Shown one piece after another: positions 37,143-48,447 of a stretch of 62,264 nucleotides of DNA. Source of the DNA: Nemertoderma westbladi (taxonomy: Eukaryota > Animalia > Xenacoelomorpha). Below the pieces are notes generated by a model, which worked only from the letters and a program-made list of their open reading frames with translations, ran no database searches and was not told the DNA's origin. Location: positions 1 to 62,264 of the forward strand of contig JAUCBJ010002150.1 in NCBI GenBank assembly GCA_032718475.1. Direction: 5' to 3'. Position 1 is the stretch's first letter. Every line of letters starts with the position of its first letter. The position numbers were made by a program, and so were the translations under genes.

Positions 37143-37330
37143 CATAATCTTGATTATATAAAACACGGTATATACTAGCAAACCTATTTGCAATAGACTG
37201 CCCGTCTATCTCACCATCTATAACTGTACTAATGTTCTGTCCATTAGTACCAGGTAACTTTTTCAATCCAACAAAAATATCAGTATTACTGGTAAAACAG
37301 GCTTCCATGAATTTGTCTTTTTTGACTACA
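37143..37330 (-). mobile_element. Fragment of a different LINE (pre-RT linker)
   Basis: STVIDGEIDGQSIANRFASIYRVLYN resembles the IDG..IA..F..Y..LYN linker of LINE ORF2. Confidence 0.5.
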
Positions 37331-37482
37331 TAGGACTCTAGTTTTTAGTAGTTTTTAATCGAATAACTACTACTACTAATACTAAATGAGTTACATACAG
37401 ACTTCAAGTTTTATTATTGATCATTGTATTATTACATACAGTAGTTAAGGGCTGCCTAGGGCCCACAATACTTATTATCTCC

Positions 37483-38725
37483 TTGAGGCTGCCGAAGCAC
37501 ATGATTGTGCACTGGCTGGTCCTCAAGGCGGAAGCAATCTCTTGAAAATCAGAGGCGCCTCCGTTACCGTTCAAGTGTCAACCTTGGGGGACTGGGGAGA
37601 CACTTCAAATATTGTATATTGTCTGGTTGGAGATGTGCGAATTGTACTTGACACAATTAACCATCTCTGCGTGCGTAACATTCTTGTATACATGTCGTCG
37701 TGAGATTAGATTTGGTGTCCTCAGCACTTCAGCAGTAAGAGGCCAGCTTGAACTCAAATTTAAGACTACCGGTTCTCCAACTAACTGCTCTAAATCATCC
37801 AACCTGAAGATTCTAATGCATTCTATGTGACTTCAAAATCCTGGGCAGCCCATTCAATGCTGCCCAGTGCCTCCCTTACGTTTTTGAGGGTCATCAACTG
37901 ATTTCAGAATCAATGATCCCAAGTAGCAGAAGTCATTCACATACTCAAGAACACCAACCTTTGAGCTTTGAGGACTGTCGAAGTTAACTATCAGAATTTT
38001 GGTCTTCTTGGAGTTAACAAAACGTCCAACACTAGAAGCAGCCTGTTCTATTGTAATGAGCTGAGGAGCCGTTGGGCTCTCTCTTAGTGATTCTGAGACT
38101 ATTACATCAGCAATAAAGTCTAGATCAGTAAGTGCTGGTGTTAGTGCTAATACCAAACCAATAAACGATATAATTAGAATGGGTAATAACAGGGGATGCA
38201 ATATTGGCTACAGAATGATCAATAGCGTGCTATGATTAATAAAGCTGTGAAGTGAGGTGTGATTACAGAGTGGATGGCCAAACCCAGTTTAGATACTGCA
38301 TATTGATAAGACCTAACAATTAATGGTGCAATGAAATACTGTAGAAATTACAATACTGTAATAACAATATATCCGGGTAGATTAATGGGCGAAAGGGACT
38401 ATTATTAGATTGGGGGTTTTGCCAACAAGTACTCACAGCTGAGAGGTAACTGACAATTTGGGCGTACAAAGGTGAAGGTACAAATACTAGATCAGTCAGA
38501 TGTTTAGTGACGATTATTGCCAATATCGTGGCGTACTTAATGTTTCCCCATGAGGCCGCCAAAGCACAAGATTATGCACTGGCTGGTCCTCACGGCGAAA
38601 GCAATGTCCTGCAAAGCGGAGGCGGCTTTGTTATAGTGTCAAGCTTTGGGGAACCAATGAGACACCTCCAATGTTATATAGTGTCTGGTTGGAGATGTGT
38701 ACATTGTACTTGATACAGTGAACCC
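37483..38725 (-). mobile_element. Older degenerate RTE fragments (37483-38135 and 38550-38725)
   Basis: Peptides LTDLDFIAD, FVNSKKTKIL, NDFCYLGS and CVKYNSHISNQTIYNI match the RT at 22844-24778, with frameshifts and deletions. Confidence 0.85.
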
Positions 38726-38926
38726 TGTTTGATCTTCCCCTCACTACGATGGCGTTCAATTTTGATTTTGACCGAAATTTCCTCATAACATAATTTTCAA
38801 CAAATAATATTTGATGTTTACATTGATAGCCACACGAAGACGTACCTTATATTAATAATATTAAAACCACAGCAAATAATAATCAGAGATTAAATTTTTT
38901 AATAAAAATGGGTGGGTGGGGGAGCG

Positions 38927-39200
38927 AAACCTTCTTCATACTGCGACCAAGGTTTATCGAAATCGAAGGATTTTCCACCATCTCGACGCTGAATGTATAG
39001 AGACCACCATGGTAGTTGCAGATAGTGTTTTGTAGAAAGATCTATATACCGGTACAATATAGAACCCGAATGTATTTTTGTACTATGGGAATGTCATTAC
39101 AGTTAGTAGTGGTGGTCGTAGTAGGTGAGTGTTCGTAAGTAGTAGCTGTTAATGGTGTTGCAGTGGTGGGTGATGGTGTTGATGAGCTCCCGTTCAATTC
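38927..39200 (-). pseudogene. FReD paralog 3 remnant (end of stalk to first third of FReD)
   Basis: AAACCTTCTTCATACTGCGACCAAG..TCGACGCTGAATGTATAGA..TAGTAGTGGTGGTCGTAG aligns with ~26206-26400, with indels. Confidence 0.82.
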
Positions 39201-39367
39201 AATGGCTTATTTAAGTTACACCGCAGTTATTCTTCTACCTTATAGCTGTTTGTTGGTACCAATGGAAAGCTGACCCTGCAAGGATTCCAAATATGTAACA
39301 AAATTTGAATTCCGTTGAAAAATAGCCGAGATATGAGCGTTCAAATGTTGCATGGTTTTACATCTGC

Positions 39368-39539
39368 GCCATATTCTGGAACATCCATTCAGCCTATCAA
39401 AAGTTTAGAAATTCTACATACAGTCAGATTTATATAAAGTAGTTCCTCAGGAGGCCATATTCTGGAACATCCATTCAGCCTATCAAAAGTTTAGAAATTC
39501 TACATACAGTCAGATTTATATAAAGTAGTTCCTCAGGAG
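39368..39539. repeat. Perfect 86-bp tandem duplication
   Basis: GCCATATTCTGGAACATCC...GTTCCTCAGGAG twice in tandem. Confidence 0.92.
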
Positions 39540-40153
39540 TTCGCAACTCCACTATAACATATACACAGACACACTGTAGCTCGATTTTATAATAACTTAT
39601 GTTGACTTTCAATTTGCATCACCAAAGATTTTGGCAGTGTAATAAAGATAAATGTATTATGTTGCAATTGCACCAGCTGGTCTATATCTCATATTAACTA
39701 ACCACTTGGATAACGTAGATGTTCGGTGGAATGTTAACATCGGGTACTACTAAAACTAAAACTATTCCCAGTCTACTTATCCTACACATATTTTATCTGA
39801 ACAATCATGATATGCAAAATTGTGGGGAATTTTGTGCATTCTAGAAAAATATTAAACATTTATGTCTTTTATGAAGCTTCTGGGAGAGCATTACGCATAC
39901 GATTTCGTACAGCACAGGCTGTGCTCTACAACCCAGCAGAAGCCGCCATTCACATCACCATTCTCGAAATCTGTAATTCAGTTACTCAAAACTGGTTTAA
40001 CTGCTCAGTTAACAAAACATGTCACAAAGAACAGCGAAAGAAACAAGAACTAAGAAACACCGACACGATGCATGGCCCTCCTCCTTTAACTTTTCACCAC
40101 AAGATAATTAAACCTTAACTAATAAACACAATATATTTATCTCCAACAGTTTA

Positions 40154-40912
40154 TTAGTGACCGTACTGATCCATTTTATCATCCACCCAGTTCCTGTAGT
40201 TGGCCACCCGAGCGTAGACGCTAGGATTGTTTGGTGAGTAGCAATCCTTACTGGATACGTAACTAGCAGCTCCGATTACCGTCCATTTACCGTTAACATT
40301 ACAGCTGAGCGGCCCACCTGAATCTCCGAAACAAACAGACTCTAAACCGGCACAGACCTTACCAGGGTAGTTGACATGGGAGCCCCTGTAGGTATCCTGT
40401 ACACATCTAAAAGCAAATAATTTATTATTACAAAGGATAAACATATATGGATAAGAATATTATTGATGAATATGAAACAATTCATCATCACCTGAGTCAA
40501 CCTGGGTGATCCTCTTGTGTTGGGCTGCGAGGCAACAGCCATATAATTACTGTATATAATATAATTTTACAGTCCTAATCAAATCCTGGGGCCCATGGAG
40601 TCGGGAAATCGGATATCAGCGGTAAAAAACTGTTATATTTCTCTAGTCTAGTAACTTCTCTCGCGTCCATGCAGGTAGTAGTGCCTGATTTAAGGTCTGC
40701 TGGTCTCCAGTCCCCTTTGTATCCCCCCATCCGGTACCATAACATTCGGCCAGATGCGCCAGCTGCAGATCTTGTTGGGGCAGACAGACTGGACTGACAT
40801 TCTGGTTGAATCGGATAGGCGAGTCAAGTTTGATTAGAGCGATGTCGTTGTTTGTCAAACCGTACTGGTTGTATCTCTCGTGCATAATTATGCGGTCGGA
40901 TGCGTGGTTCAC
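40154..40912 (-). CDS. Last two exons (40912-40656 and 40406-40154) of an S1 chymotrypsin-family serine protease
   Basis: NNDIALIKL (catalytic Asp), PVCLP, TGWG, CFGDSGGPL (catalytic Ser), PSVYARV. Acceptors TTGCAG| and TTTTAG|. A phase-2 GT..AG intron joins WTREK-CVQDTY in frame. The His (TAAHC) exon was not found. Confidence 0.88.
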
Positions 40913-41999
40913 CTGCAAGAAATCGTTTAGGAACATTATATGGAAACAAATATAGTCATTATTATAAAGAATGTGTAATAATGATAAGAACAACCCACTT
41001 ATGGTCTCTATTAGGTCATCTTATCATCCCCAGCAGCACGCCAATGCTGGTTATTGGACCATGCGTTGGGTGGCAACTTTATGCTACTTTAATATTTAGT
41101 ACCGTGGAGTTCTAAGCGTATTGAGATGCGGATGGGTAGGGTAAAGACCAATTAATTATTGACAAGTGACTGTAAAATAAGTAAGTTGTGATACTTCGGC
41201 CAACATTAAATAATAGCCCAAATTTCGCAATAAATTTATTTAATTAACGGTTCTTTTTATTTAAATATTTGACTTTCAACTAAATTCTAACTAAATTCCG
41301 AAAGCTGAAAGCTTTAGGGTTTTCTATGTCGTCTTCTCCTTTAACTGCTATGAACCTTCTTGTCGAGAGTCTCCACTGAATACTCTCTAAACAATAACAA
41401 GTAATAACACCTATTGTTAAGTTAACATAGTGCTAATAATATAAAAAGTCATTGTGAGGTTTTGTGAAACGACAATAACAACCGTTGCTATGGTTACCTG
41501 AAATATTCAAAACTTTGTTATTTAGTTAAGTTTTAGTTGAATTTTCGACTAATATTTAACTAAACACCTCAAAAAAAAAGGTGGGGGATTTGACTACTGG
41601 TTGTTTCAATGGGCCGAATGCGAGTGGCTGAAATACTGGTTGGTTCCCTTATATTGGTTATGTATGTATATACTGTGTATTTGTCTGCTTATGCGACTTT
41701 GTATTACATTAGAAGGGAGGCAGTTTGTTTGGTTAATACAGGTAATTCTTGTTTTCCATCTTCCAATCCCATCTGTTTCTTGAAGTCTGTGTAAGACAGG
41801 TTCGTTTAAAGCCATCGTGATGGCGTTCTAGTTAAAACATGTTAGTCTAATTATTATTTCGGTTCTATTATTGTTGCTTATTATTTGTCGTATAATATCG
41901 GTTTGTTACACAAACACAAAATAAATAACCTACAGTACAATACTGGTGAGGGCTACAGTACAGTTTGTTTCTTTAGAATTTCAGTTCAAATCTCTAATG

Positions 42000-42988
42000 T
42001 TTCATTCGTCGGTTATCAGATATTTCGGTTTCATCTGCTCTAATCTCTAAAGTTTCAGAGTTTGGTTTTTAAGACATTTGACTTTCATCTCTAATTTATG
42101 CTCCACAGGTTTCCATAGCTTTGGGTGAGTGCCTTAGGATTTGTATTCTTTTTTAGTCATAATTACCGTACACCGTTATTATGTGGATCGTTAAAATTTT
42201 GAATATTTAGCGCATAGTCAGATCCCAACAGCCAACACAGTAAAGTTACTGTATATTCTCGTCGAGTTATCCAATTCGACCTTTATGAAACAATCCCCCG
42301 CGCTTGTTGTCAGTTTCATGATATGAAACGCGCCTAGAAAGTAAGAGCCGTTGGCATATCCGAATCCCCAGCTGTAATCAGAACGCTTGTCATCCCAGAT
42401 GTCACCGCTGTGGTTGCTGATGCGTCTATAGAATATAATCCAGTCTCGATCACATCTCAGTTGATTGCCGTCGGTGTATAGATGCTCAATTAGGGGCAAT
42501 TACAATAAGGATTACTTGGCTTGAAGGTGTATTGCAGCCCGGATTGAGACGGATTACCACAAATATCAGGATTAGCGTAGGGATCACTTCGTGAATCATT
42601 CCCATAACATGCGATAAACGAGTTGTAAAATGCAAAGCAACCCCCTTGGAGATTGTCGTTGAAGTAATAGTTGTAGTCATGGAGAATGTTGTTGTTGTGG
42701 GAGCAATTGTAGTCATGGTGATTAATCCAGATTCCCCTATTGAACTGATGATGGTGGTCGTCACGTCTGCTCCCGACCCGATGGTAACAGCATCAGTATT
42801 ATTACTGTTACTCGAGCAACTAGGAGAATTCCTACTGCCGCGGCTAAAAGTTTCATATGGTAATCGAAATCGTTCAGCAGCATTCTACACAGCCAGTTCG
42901 ATTGGTTGGCGTTGTTGTTCGGCTGAGGGGCGATCGGGGGCTGAACATCGTCCACTTCGATTTCTTCAACAGCTGTTAGACCGGGCAT
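42000..42988 (-). pseudogene. FReD paralog 4, divergent and multiply frameshifted
   Basis: N-terminus LTAVEEIEVDDVQ..NQSNWLCRML matches TAVEEIQLEEVQ..EQTNWLCRLL; Thr-rich stalk; FReD-like WIIFYRR..DYSWGFG..YFLG. Spread over at least three frames; 3' limit approximate. Confidence 0.78.
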
Positions 42989-44788
42989 TATTGTTCGAAT
43001 TATTCAATAAATTGTATTTTTAACGGTAAGGATTCCGTTATACTTATAATGCCAGTGTTCCTGACAACTTTTTTTTTTTTACAAAAAGTTGTTCTTCTAA
43101 CAGTTAGATGGTAGTGAGATTTTAAATTTGTGTCGGCTACGACTTTTTACTTGCCAGGAAGAAATTTATAATTGAAAAAATAAATATTTTAATCGTATTT
43201 AAATGTAAAATAAATATCCCAGGAAAAGATATGTAACATATATATATTTTTTTAACATATTTATTTCTTTCTTGTAATAATAGGGAGATATGATAGGTAG
43301 ATATGTAATAATTATTTACAAGCTAGAGTTTATTTTTGTTTTTTTTTAAGTAGCAAACTAAACATTCCATGACTAGATAGATAGATAGAATTTATTGACA
43401 ATTAATATGATTTATATAGTGCACAAAACTTGAACTACACACGAAATCACAAAAACAAAAAAAAAAAATAACTGTCCAGATATAATCAAAATATTACACT
43501 ATAATCTCACGAACCTAATAAATTAAATAATTATTAAATTTACTTATAAAATGCTAGTACTAAATCTATGTATTTACATACTGAGTAGATTTCTGTCAAA
43601 AATATCAAAAAGCTCATTTATATTACCAAACGTTGCGAAATTAATATTTGGGAAACAATCTCGGATGGTTGCCGTTAACCTGCAATTGAGTAATACATGT
43701 GTCTCATCTTGGATAGACACATTATCACAGCTACAAACCCTGCTTTCGCGGGGTATGCGCTGCCATCTACCTTTCTCAATCAGCAAGTTATGAGACATCA
43801 ACCGACATCTTGAAAAGGATAAGCGTAAATAATCAGGCACCAGAGGAGACTTCAAATTATAAATAGGATGACACGATAACGATGGATTTAAAATTGTTCT
43901 ATAAGTGAACAATTTGGTTGCAGTTTCTGGTTTATTACAAACATTATTAACAATATTACTATTAAATACACTAGGTTCATGCCAACATAATGCATCTTTT
44001 ATCATTCTAGAACCAGGTGTGTCAGCACCTTTACATAAGTTTAAAGCTAACTGAAAAGGGCAATCTGCAGGTAAAGATTCTGCTGCCTTCAACAAAAATC
44101 GTTTACGGCACCGTAAAATACGAGTTTCTATAGCTGGCATGCCTGCTTCAATGAGACAAAGATTGGTTGGTGTCTGCTCTCTAACTCCTAGGAGAGTTTT
44201 AACCATCCGACCATAAAATATCTCTAAAGCTCGAATGTTGGTTGTTAGCCAACCTTCGCACCCATATAGTAGCACAGAAGCAACCCCAGCCTCAAAAACT
44301 TGTTTCTTTAGTACAAATGGTAACGCTGTATTTTTAGCACAAAATATAGAAAATTTATTAACAACTTGTTCGCATTTAATTTTATGTAAATTAAATACGG
44401 AATTAAATTTACCGTCTTCAGTAAAAATGGAGCCTAAATATATGTACTCTACACAATGTTTTACAATAATATCATCAACATGTAATGGAACTTTGTCACT
44501 TGTCGTACCATTTATTACAAAAAACTTTGTTTTTTTCAAATTAAGTACCATCCCAGTATCATTGCAAAAGGAAATTAAAGCACGTAGTTTATATAATAAC
44601 AAGTCGCGGTTTGTGGACAAAATAATTGTATCATCCATCAATAACATTATATGTAATAAACCCAAAAAACCATCAGATGAAACTGATGACATTGATGATG
44701 AGCTGTAATTTAATCCGCATCGGATTGTTAAAATTAGCACAGTAAAATTATTAATAAATAAATAAAACATACTTAAAGAAAAGATAGA

Positions 44789-47578
44789 TTAAATAAGGCT
44801 GTTAAGATGGACTGCGAGTTTGAAAGCAGGTATGTTTTGTGGAAGCGCAGAGCAGACCTGAGCGTGTTCAATTCTTGCTGGAGAATTACAGAGCCGACAA
44901 TGGCAATCATCTTGGGGACGCCAGCAGTTAGCTTTGGAGCATAGCTTGTGATGGTATCCGTTACTAATATATTGCGCCGCGATACGTCTTCTTTTAGCTG
45001 TTAGATTAGCTAGATTGATATCGTGTACTGAATTGTTATCAATGGCATCTAGTAACCGCGTCGTTGAAGCAAATTTGCTCAGGCCACACCAGAGTTTGAA
45101 GAAAAACCCGCGGCATTTGACGACATGATCTAGCGCTGAAACGTCGTCACTTTGTATAAACGTTGAGCAACCATAAGTGCACGAAGGTAAAACTACCAGA
45201 TTCCACAATTTCTTTGCTGTTTCCAGCGAAACCGAAGAGAGAACTACGAGAGATGCAATGCGCACCGACGCACTTACTCCTCTTTTCCGAAGGTGGACAT
45301 AGTGACCCGTCGAAGTGTTTTTGGACGTTAGAATGAACCCCAGGTAATTAAAAGAATTTACAAACTTGATTTCGTTCCCTTTGTATTTGACTATATCTGT
45401 GGCAGCCATGCGACCTCCTCTTCGGAACTTGATGGCTTTAGTTTTGCTCAAGTTAACGGTTAATAGATTGTCATCGCAGTAGGTACTTAAATTATCTAGA
45501 GACTGTTGTAATGAAGCGAGCGAGCTACTATAAATGGCTAAATCATCGGCATACAATAAACAAAATAAACCGATACCGGCAATAGCTGCGGGTAGATCAG
45601 CAATAAATAATGAAAATAGAAGAGGAGATAGTTTATCACCCTGCACCACACCGACTAATTGGATAATTGGGGGCAGCAAATAACAACCGATGCTAATTCT
45701 TATGAAATTACAAGCTATGAGAGACCAAATTACAGCAATAAATTTTGAGCTTACGCCAAGAGTACACAGCTTAGAGCATAACTTTGGACGGTCGACAGAG
45801 TCGAAAGCTTTAGAAAAATCAATGAATACACAATAGAGTTGTCCTCCTTGACTAAAAGTAGAGACAATTGCAGAGCGCAGTTTCTGTACAGCCATTAAGG
45901 TTGATCGGCCGCGACGAAATCCATATTGCTCATCGGGAAGAATATTGTGAGATTCAGCCCAATGGTAGAGCCGCTTGAAAAGTAAAGAGGTGTAACATTT
46001 CATAATGCATGAAAGCAGGGCTATTCCTCGATACGAATCTGGGGATGATCTTGGTCCTTTACCCTTGTATAATGGTATAAGAATTGAAATTAGCCATACT
46101 GCTGGGCACGAGGCACAGTCAAAACAAACAGATAGTACTAAGAGAAGGAATGGCAATAAAATACCAATGCCCTGTTTTACAGCTTCGTTTGAAATTCCAT
46201 CTAAACCAACAGCTTTCCCTGTTTTCTGGTTGTTAACGGCGGATATAATTTCTTCTTCACAGACAGGTAAGTCTAATTCAGTAACACTCACTTGTGGAAG
46301 TTGAGGTTTTTCTGGCTTGACACTGCGGTAGAAGAGTTTTGTAAAATGATCTGCCCAGGATGACTCATCAACAGCAGCTACGGGCTGAGATGCTTTCACA
46401 GGTTTTAGAATATTCCAAAACTGAGCGTGATCCTGCTCGCATCGTTCCACTAGATTTAGTTCTTCAGTGGCAGCATGGTTTCTCTTTCGAGACCGAATGA
46501 GACATTTATACTCTCGTTGGAGTTTGGCGTATAGGGCAAAGTCCGCTGGTGTTGCGTCCGCCGCATGAATGCGGCGCCATGCTGACTTTAGTTGTTGTTC
46601 AAGATCGTAACATTCGGCGTTAAACCAAGCTTTGGATTTCCGCTTTGAACTTTCTATAGCAGAGTTACTAATGGCATTGCACATGTGAGAATACATATCA
46701 TCCACGTTAAGAATTCCAAACTCGTCGGGGGGTATTGAGCTAAGATTCTCAGATAACTTTTCCAAGTCAATCTTGCGTACAGCCTTTGGTTTCTTGTCCC
46801 GAACTGAGGCCACCTGCAGTAGATTTACAGCAAGTTTAACGCGTTGGTGTTTTGTGTTTTCGGTCTGCAGGACTGAGATATCGAAGCTCGAGTTGAATAC
46901 ACTCTGTTTAACGAATACTAGATCAATACAACTTTTCCCATTCCAGCACAGGTAAGTTGGAGAGTTGTCATCAGATATACAGTGCAGATCCATTGCCAAG
47001 AGACCATCACAAAGCAATTCACCACGCTGAGCAGCTATTCCATCGATTCGGCAATTAAAATCGCCCATTAGAATAAGCGGTTTATTCGACGCGGCAACAG
47101 TTATTTTGACAGCCTGAATCAACTCTAATAAAATGTCTTCTACCTCCCAAGCAGGGTTGAAATACGCAGCTAACAAGCAGAAATTTGGAAATACTGCACC
47201 TATAATAGATTCAGACTTATATGTGTAATTCACTTTGAAGTTAAATTTATTGTTGATTGCAATAACTAAACCACCATAGGGTCGTCCAATATCCGGTTTT
47301 TTACAAGGAACATACTCACAAACATAGCCCGGAATATCAGCGGAGTTCACCATTGTTTCCATAAGCACCAGTATATCAGAGTCACCAAAGGTTTCATCAA
47401 CGGTGGTTTCCAATGTTGAGTTTAACCCTTCTACGTTCCACAGGACGATAGAGATATTTTCTATATTGGATCCGGTAGGACTACTGGAACTACAAGCTGG
47501 AAATTCATCATTGAACGGTAACTCGTTGAAACCGGCCCGGTTTTGTAAAGAACAAAAGCGAATACAGTTTTTATGTGT
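44789..47578 (-). CDS. Inner LINE ORF2: AP endonuclease, reverse transcriptase and C-terminal Cys/His knuckle
   Basis: The frame is open upstream of the track start and includes IVLWNVEGL. Motifs LMGDFN, YRGIAL, FIDFSKAFD, QGDKLSP, LYADD, YLG, CRLC..IEHAQVC. No internal stops. Confidence 0.93.
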   Translation of the reverse strand, partial: THKNCIRFCSLQNRAGFNELPFNDEFPACSSSSPTGSNIENISIVLWNVEGLNSTLETTVDETFGDSDILVLMETMVNSADIPGYVCEYVPCKKPDIGRPYGGLVIAINNKFNFKVNYTYKSESIIGAVFPNFCLLAAYFNPAWEVEDILLELIQAVKITVAASNKPLILMGDFNCRIDGIAAQRGELLCDGLLAMDLHCISDDNSPTYLCWNGKSCIDLVFVKQSVFNSSFDISVLQTENTKHQRVKLAVNLLQVASVRDKKPKAVRKIDLEKLSENLSSIPPDEFGILNVDDMYSHMCNAISNSAIESSKRKSKAWFNAECYDLEQQLKSAWRRIHAADATPADFALYAKLQREYKCLIRSRKRNHAATEELNLVERCEQDHAQFWNILKPVKASQPVAAVDESSWADHFTKLFYRSVKPEKPQLPQVSVTELDLPVCEEEIISAVNNQKTGKAVGLDGISNEAVKQGIGILLPFLLLVLSVCFDCASCPAVWLISILIPLYKGKGPRSSPDSYRGIALLSCIMKCYTSLLFKRLYHWAESHNILPDEQYGFRRGRSTLMAVQKLRSAIVSTFSQGGQLYCVFIDFSKAFDSVDRPKLCSKLCTLGVSSKFIAVIWSLIACNFIRISIGCYLLPPIIQLVGVVQGDKLSPLLFSLFIADLPAAIAGIGLFCLLYADDLAIYSSSLASLQQSLDNLSTYCDDNLLTVNLSKTKAIKFRRGGRMAATDIVKYKGNEIKFVNSFNYLGFILTSKNTSTGHYVHLRKRGVSASVRIASLVVLSSVSLETAKKLWNLVVLPSCTYGCSTFIQSDDVSALDHVVKCRGFFFKLWCGLSKFASTTRLLDAIDNNSVHDINLANLTAKRRRIAAQYISNGYHHKLCSKANCWRPQDDCHCRLCNSPARIEHAQVCSALPQNIPAFKLAVHLNSLI

Positions 47579-47667
47579 TTATTCAGGCTCCCCGAGTAAA
47601 TATACTTCTTACCACATCCGCCGCACGATAGTTTTTGTGGCGGTGATATTGAACTGGAGGTATGCAG

Positions 47668-48447
47668 TCAGTTTTCATTTGAAGTTGGAGGCGAAGCTTG
47701 GTGTTGGCGGGGGCGGAGTCCATATCGAGCACGTTCTTCATCGTTCAACCAATAGTTTCGTATGGAGATCCCGTCCTCCCAGAGAGCGGGATCCATGATT
47801 GCATCGCGATTAACTTGGTCACATACTATGTGAAAGCTAATAAATGGCGAATCCAAACGGGGGGTTATCGGGTTGATTTCGTCGAACTGAATGTCTTCGG
47901 AACTTAGATAATTGGCGATCTCGTCTCGAGTCGTAGAAGGGAGCAGCCTGCCTATGTGAACATGGGCTTTGCGCATTGGTTGGTTGACTACAGCTGGCGC
48001 TACGCGTAGTGGCCCGCCCACTCTGGTGCCCCGTGAGGCAGTAGGGCGGGATGGGCGAGTCGGAAGAAACGGGTGGGAGACATCATTCGTATGCGTAGAA
48101 TTTATCGCGCGATCAGCAGAAGTGAGAGTTCGAAAACGTAACGGCCGTTCCCATGCCCCCGAAGTACTCCCGGAGTGTGTGAAACCGTTCTGATGTTGCG
48201 GTTGGGATAATGGAGGTGGTGGTACAGGTACCGATTTCATTTTAAGCAGTTCATTTTTCGAGTCTATGGATTCTTGTCGTGCTGCAGCGAGTTTACCGAG
48301 CGTGGATGTATACGCCGCCGACATTGCCAACAGTTTATCCGTTATTGACTTCTCTTCCTCGATGGATACGCTCTTTTTTTGCTTTATCGTTCGCACTAAT
48401 CTTAAAATCTCATCTTGGTGCGCTATGAACGTATCAGTTTCCGACAT
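47668..48447 (-). CDS. Inner LINE ORF1 (259 aa; coiled-coil-like N-terminus, RRM-like C-terminus)
   Basis: Lies 5' of ORF2. HVHIGRL..SFHI..DPALWEDGISIRNY resembles the C-terminal domain of invertebrate LINE ORF1 proteins. Confidence 0.82.
   Translation of the reverse strand: MSETDTFIAHQDEILRLVRTIKQKKSVSIEEEKSITDKLLAMSAAYTSTLGKLAAARQESIDSKNELLKMKSVPVPPPPLSQPQHQNGFTHSGSTSGAWERPLRFRTLTSADRAINSTHTNDVSHPFLPTRPSRPTASRGTRVGGPLRVAPAVVNQPMRKAHVHIGRLLPSTTRDEIANYLSSEDIQFDEINPITPRLDSPFISFHIVCDQVNRDAIMDPALWEDGISIRNYWLNDEERARYGLRPRQHQASPPTSNEN

Noticed and set aside
36907-37308. 133-aa ORF as a gene
   Set aside because: A chance in-frame fusion of two unrelated LINE fragments.
43574-44770. 398-aa ORF with hydrophobic N-terminus as a standalone gene
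   Set aside because: The N-terminus comes from the 3' UTR of the inner LINE; the rest is the severed C-terminal half of the outer RT.
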